DNA from: Squalus acanthias
Taxonomy: Eukaryota
Direction: 5' to 3'
DNA length: 64,000 nucleotides
NCBI GenBank assembly: GCA_030390025.1
Contig: JASTWF010000048.1
Span: 682,001 to 746,000 of the forward strand
The translations under genes and the position numbers were made by a program. Of the stretch, positions 61,499 to 64,000 are shown piece after piece. Positions within the stretch are counted from its first letter, which is position 1. Every line of letters starts with the position of its first letter. The notes under the pieces were generated by a model. It did not search any database and was not told where the DNA came from. It saw only the letters and a program-made list of their open reading frames with translations.

Positions 61499-63668
61499 TG
61501 TAAGATCTTAAATGATCACTGAGTTCTTGGACAATACACCAATAGGCAGTAGCCAGTATGTTTGAGCGATAGATCAAGATTTATTAAGCTTACAACGTCA
61601 TCAATACTGAACTTTTGGCGATAGTTTTAACGAGTTTCTGGCAGCCCTTGGTCTCTGGAACCTCTCGGACACAGATGACGTCATCTTAAGTCTGTTCCTC
61701 TGTTCTCGCAGTCCCTCTGTGGGATATGTGGAGCACTGTTTGTTCCAGTCCTACTCAGGTCCCCTCCCTCACCTCTTTTTCCGGTACATTGATGACTGTA
61801 TCGGTGCCGTTTCGTGCTCTCGCCCTGAACTAGATAATTTCCTTAGATTTGCTTCCAATTTCCTCCCTTCCCTCACATTCACAAGGTCCATCTCCGACTC
61901 TTCCCTTCCCTTCCCACGGCTTCTCCGTCTCCATCTCTGTTGATAGGTTATTGACAAACATTCACTACAAGCCCACTGACTCCCACAGCTACCTGGACTG
62001 CAATTCCTCCCACCCCGCCTCCTGTCAGGACTGTATTCCATTCTCCCAGTTTCTCCTTCTCCGCCGCATCTGCTCTGACGATGCCACCTTCCATACCAGT
62101 GCTTCCGACATGTCTTCCTTTTTCCTCATACGAGGATTCCCCTCTAATGTGGTTGACACGGCCCTCGACCGTGTCCGTTCTATCTCCCGCACTTCTGCTC
62201 GCACCACTGCCCCTCCCTCCCGGAACCACGATAGAGTTCCCCTTGTCCTCACCTTTCACCCCACCAGCCTCCACATTCAAAGGATCATCCTCTGATATTT
62301 GCGCCACCTTCAGATTGATCCCAACACCAAACGCATCCTCCCCTCACGTCCCCTTTCAGCATTCGGCAGGGACCGCTCCCTCCGCGACACCCTTGTCCAC
62401 TCCTCTATCGCCCCCAACACCCCTTCCCCTTCGCCCATCACCTTCCCTTGCAAGCACAGGAGATGCAGCACATGCCCTTATACCTCCCCACTTCCCACTG
62501 TCCAGGGCCCCAAACACCCCTTCCAGGTGAAACAGCGATTTACTTGTACTGCTTGCAATTTAGTATACTGCATTCGCTGCTCACGATATTGTCTCCTCTA
62601 CTTTGCGGAGACCAAACGCAGATTGGGTGACCGCTTTATGGAACACCTCCGTTCAGTCCTGAAGGGGAACCCCGAGTTTCTGCTCGCTGTCACTTTAATT
62701 CACCGCTCCACTCCCACTCAGACCTCACCGTCCTTAGCCTCTTGCATTCTTTCTCGGGAGCTCAGCGTGAGCTCGAGGAATCGTACCTCATCTATCGATT
62801 AGGCACTTTAGATCCTTCTGGACTCAACATAGAGTTCAACAATTTCAGATCATAACCCCGGCCCCTATCATATATATATATTTTATCCACACGTTTGTTC
62901 TGTTCTACTCTCCCACATGGCAGTTATTTTTCTTTCTGCCAGCGCAATTTACACTTCATCTAGTGCCATCCTTTGTTTCTTAACCAGTCCGATTACCATC
63001 TCCTTTTGCCTTGAATATCTCGTAATGTCTCTCAATGTCTCTTAAGCTCTCCTGCCTTCTATCCTATCACAGGCCTTCCCTTTTGTTCTTTCATCCCCTC
63101 CCCCATTACCCAGCTACTACACTTCCTTAAAACTCTGTTCCATTTCCTGCTTTTTTCCAGTTCTTACGAAAGGTCATCGACCTGAATCGTTAACTCTGTA
63201 AATTTGTTCTTTGAGTATCGAGGTTTTAACCCTTTTCTTATCAAAAGTTTGTTTCGCCAGTGTCAATATATGTTCTTTATCAAAATCACCTTTTCAATTT
63301 GTTCTAATGATCAAAATAGCATTGTCACTCAGACATCTTGGGCGCTCCTTTTTTTCAATACTTTTCCATCAACCCTATCCTTCTGTCTTGTTATCTTGTT
63401 TATAGTTTTTCACCCCATTGGAATTTTCCATATCTCTTTCATTTCATCGCCTCCCTGGTACAAGGCCTTTATACCAAGTTCTGTTTGCTATCAAAGCTTA
63501 GTCAAAACTGCTCTTGACTCTCCTTGCTTCTGCAACCTGAACAAGTCTTAGCTTTTTAGTTACCCAGGAGTAATTAACGGTAATATTATTTGGTCAATGG
63601 CTACACTTGAATTTATATGTATATGATTCTCGTCTACTAAATATCTCTAAATATCAGCCTTTCCTACA
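61499..63668. mobile_element. Duplicate of solo LTR + Penelope composite
   Basis: TGTAAGA..TCCTACA with CCCT TSD; Penelope at ~61721-63193; near-identical to 27242-29409. Confidence 0.8.
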
Positions 63669-64000
63669 CCCTTGTGAATGTTACCAGTGAATCTGTCTCC
63701 AGCCTCCTTTCAGGCACTGCATTCCCGATCATAACATCTTGTTTGCATAAAAAACTGTCTCCTCACCTACCAGTTGGATGTTTTGCCAATTACCTTAAAC
63801 CTGTGCCCTCTGGTCACCGATGCTGCCGGCAGAGGAGTCAATTTCTCCTTGTCTACTTTATCACAACCGCTCTTACATTTGAACACCTCTATGAAATCTC
63901 AACTTATCGTCTGTTTTGATTCCTTCTATGAAGTTGCTAAACTACCTTCGTTTCAAGCTGCTCACCATATAGAAATACACTGATATACACTTCTTCAGTC

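Overview
Vertebrate genomic DNA with about 12 N-gaps, most likely from a cartilaginous fish (shark/ray), judged from its SINE/CR1 content and V-gene types. The window is an internal stretch of a germline antigen-receptor V-segment array, best matching the T-cell receptor beta (TRB) V cluster. I find 14 V segments, all on the + strand, in the layout promoter, leader exon, phase-1 intron, V exon, 23-bp-spacer RSS. Eight look intact (V exons starting 7202, 20892, 31465, 35183, 38563, 45381, 50992, 59756). Six are pseudogenes (1980, 9486, ~39924, 48443, ~52030, 57420). I saw no D, J or C segment. The spacers are CR1/L2 LINE fragments, SINEs, Penelope elements nested in a solo LTR, minisatellites and a cassette repeated about 5 times by segmental duplication. 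Most notable: an Ig-like V with a short CDR2 and an extra C-x5-C pair; a degenerate 45-bp-period array of CTCF-like motifs plus other RSS-proximal CTCF-like sites; arrays of PBX-PKNOX (CTGTCAATCA) and GC-box motifs upstream of several leaders; and leader/V-exon mismatches caused by deletions. Family and species calls come from motif recognition, not database searches.
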